A stretch of DNA of 64,000 nt from Styela clava (Eukaryota). This document shows positions 61,335 to 64,000 of the stretch, piece after piece. The notes below the pieces were generated by a model. That model was not told where the DNA came from. It ran no database searches and worked only from the letters and a program-made list of their open reading frames with translations. The DNA is taken from positions 21,638,001 through 21,702,000 of the forward strand of contig NC_135255.1 of NCBI RefSeq assembly GCF_964204865.1. The letters run 5' to 3'. A program made the position numbers and the translations under genes. Each line of letters begins with the position of its first letter. Within the stretch, counting starts at the first letter, position 1.

Positions 61335-61819
61335 TAGGGTTACCATATTTTTGTGACTTCAAATCGGGACGCCTCGAAAGACAACGACCCCTTAGCTGTG
61401 ATTTTATAACTTCACATTTTCCGATTTTACTACATAGGCCTACATTTAAAGCTGTCTCGGCTGTCTTTATTGACCATATTGTTATCAAAATTTCATGCGC
61501 ATATTCTCTGTCCAAATATCAGGTTCAGTTCGAAAAATAGGAAGGAATTGACGTCAACGATACCGGTACAAATAATTCGAATTTAGACTAATTAGTATTG
61601 GTTTTACATGCGATACGTATGCCATCAATGAGAATCAGCGGGAAACGAACGCATTCACCTTCAGTGAGTAGGCTAGCGCTGCAAAGAAACAACAGTAACG
61701 AGAACATGTTTGTGTATTATGCTGGAAAAGCGGGACTTTTGGCTGATTTATCGGGACGGCGGGACAAAACGCTGAAAAGCGGGACTGTCCCGCCTAAAGC
61801 GGGACGTATGGTAAGCCTA
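61335..61819. mobile_element. hAT (Tip100-like) MITE
   Basis: TAGGGTTACCATA...TATGGTAAGCCTA with perfect TSD AACATAAC. Confidence 0.85.
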
Positions 61820-63840
61820 AACATAACCATCGCGAAATTTCTGACATATATTGAGAGGGTGTCTTCGCTATTTTGCAATTACGTACCACAGACTCTGATG
61901 ACCCAAAGGCCGTATCGTTCTCAGCCTTATTTCTCACCTCGTATTTGTTATTTTGTCCCTCTCTACAGTCTGAAAAGATATTTCACTTTATTTTTCCACT
62001 CCATTTGTACCTTGCGTATTAACTGATTCGAAGAACGACAATATCGAATTCAATAACACTTTGAATTCAAAAGCTTGTTCTAGGTAAGTTTATAAAATAT
62101 AATACCTTCAGACCAATTGCTTTCAACTGGGTACCGCCAGCCAGTCCAGGGCTTCCGTAAGTTTTTCATTCAAATCTCAGAGTCGATATTAATATATCGA
62201 CATATATATAGTTTAAATAAAATCAAACTTTCTACACATATCATTTTGTTTTGCTAGTATTATGTTTGCTTTTATGTATATTTATAGTTTATACAAGTCA
62301 AAGAATAAAACAAAATTTAACTATTTCCTAGTGATTTGTAGAGAGGAAATGTTTCATTAAGGTCTACCATAAAAGTTGAAAAATACTGCTTCATACGTTA
62401 GGTTAAATCAGGAGTTTGCGGGGCGATTCATAGCAAATTTGACAAATTTAAGGTTCATGATAAAAGAACCATACCGCCGCAGTAAAACAGAAGTAGCCTA
62501 TGTCACATCGTTAACAGAGAAATTTTTGATCTTTCGTCATTTTGGGCAAGTAGGCAAAATCTAAAAAGATTTAATACGTGCTAATGCACGTGCCCACTTA
62601 CCCCAGACAGCAAACAACACATTGTAGTGAATTTTGAAAATACACGACGGCTAATTCCGGCGTAAATACTTAGTTGCACACATAAAAAAACGACTTGTTT
62701 ATTATGTCCATTTCAGGTTTAGACGTTAAAACCACACATACTATCACAAAAATACAATTTTTTCAAAACCTTAGGCTACGGTAAGTTCGTGCTTAATTTC
62801 ATTTTTCCTCAATTTCGTATGTTATTTTTACTGGATGAAAAAAATAAACCGCACTGCGACTACTGCGTCAATATACACGCACAAGCGACTACTTTTCGCC
62901 TATTAATATTAATGAAGGAGAAGCAAAAGTTATGTAGTACACACTCTGTAGGCTAATACAGAGGGTATCGCATAAGGATAATAATAAAATAGAGGCGCTA
63001 TGGCTTTTATGCATGTCATTCTAATCTAAGCAACATAGCTAGGCGATTCAAGAAAGATAATAAGCTCATAACTAAAAAGATAGAAAAACTACCTAGAAGC
63101 GAAAACTAACGCACTTTGGGTAGTTAATACCAGTAAACTAAAAGCTAATCGAAGTATTTAATGTTACTTTGCCCTTATACACGTCTTACATCAACTGCTC
63201 ATACTCGCAAGCTTCGAAACAGCATACGATATAAAACTATATCACGCCTTTCTTCATTACGCAGACACTGCCGAAACTAATGCAATTTCCCATTGCATGT
63301 CGTGAATCATTTGTGGCGTCACTTTACCATTATGACCGAATAATCTATTGACAATCAAGACGAGTAAACGGCGTATTGTGACTCATAATTATGATAACAA
63401 AATAAGAATTTGAGGATTTGAAGCTTATTATTTGATTGCATTTTACTTTCAATTAGATGCCTGAGCAAGATATAAATTTGATTATGGAAGAAGACAATAT
63501 GTACCGATGTACGGGTTCGCCCCTATAGTCTACGAAACATATGGAGTGAGTACGGTAAGTTCCGCTGCCTTCCGGAATAGACTAAAGTCACAAAAGAGTT
63601 GCGAGGCAAACTCTGTGCAGAGGAAGCATTTTCAAAAAGCGTAGTGTTAAAGTGCATTTTACTATCAATCATGGAGCTAACGCAACAATTTTATTTCCCT
63701 TTGAAAAGGGGTGGAGGTACTGGACTGGTGAGTACTTGAAATTAACTTAATTTCTACCGATAGGCACCGGTGTGCGAGTTTTGTGCATCTTTTCATACTT
63801 TGAGTACGATATAAGTTATTACCAATTCAGAATAGCAGAA

Positions 63841-64000
63841 GGTGACCGTGCATTTGAACCCACGTACATTTGAACCGATGTGTATATCCGCGGGTTCAAT
63901 CTATATGCGGGTGCTAAATCCCATGGGTTAAGTTAAGTTTGGGTTCAAATATCCGTAAAACCAAAAAAAATTCCATAGGTGCAATTGTCATGGGTTCAAA
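63841..64000. mobile_element. Repeat family (CATTTGAACCC...GGGTTCAAAT), truncated by the window end; copy at ~14787-14982
   Basis: Shared ggttcaatctatatgcgggtgctaaa.cccatgggtta sequence. Confidence 0.7.

Overview
Eukaryotic, AT-rich and transposon-dense animal DNA. Gene content and repeat style suggest an ascidian/tunicate (inference only). Positions ~5-49 kb hold seven functionally unrelated housekeeping genes, all on the + strand: UBE2Q, MAP2K5, TTC1, an SLC35A-type nucleotide-sugar transporter, PTPA, GTF3C6 and CRIPT. Five of the seven have fully intronless CDSs. Each of the seven start codons lies 28-110 nt downstream of a splice-acceptor AG with no obvious partner donor, and most of these AGs are followed by a similar AT-rich motif. 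The best reading is a large operon-like (polycistronic) unit resolved by spliced-leader trans-splicing, with kb-long TE-filled spacers. The alternative is a shared, cis-spliced first exon. CRIPT intron 3 carries an 8.8-kb Sola1-type DNA transposon (ATAT TSD). Its transposase is split by a nested 4.85-kb non-autonomous element and by a 1-nt frameshift. Converging from the right is a minus-strand gene for a type I membrane protein with a mucin-like stalk and a tail rich in tyrosine signalling motifs; its 5' exons were not resolved. The rest is hAT MITEs, TTAGGG-containing MITEs, tRNA-derived SINEs, a Penelope-like hammerhead remnant and tandem repeats.
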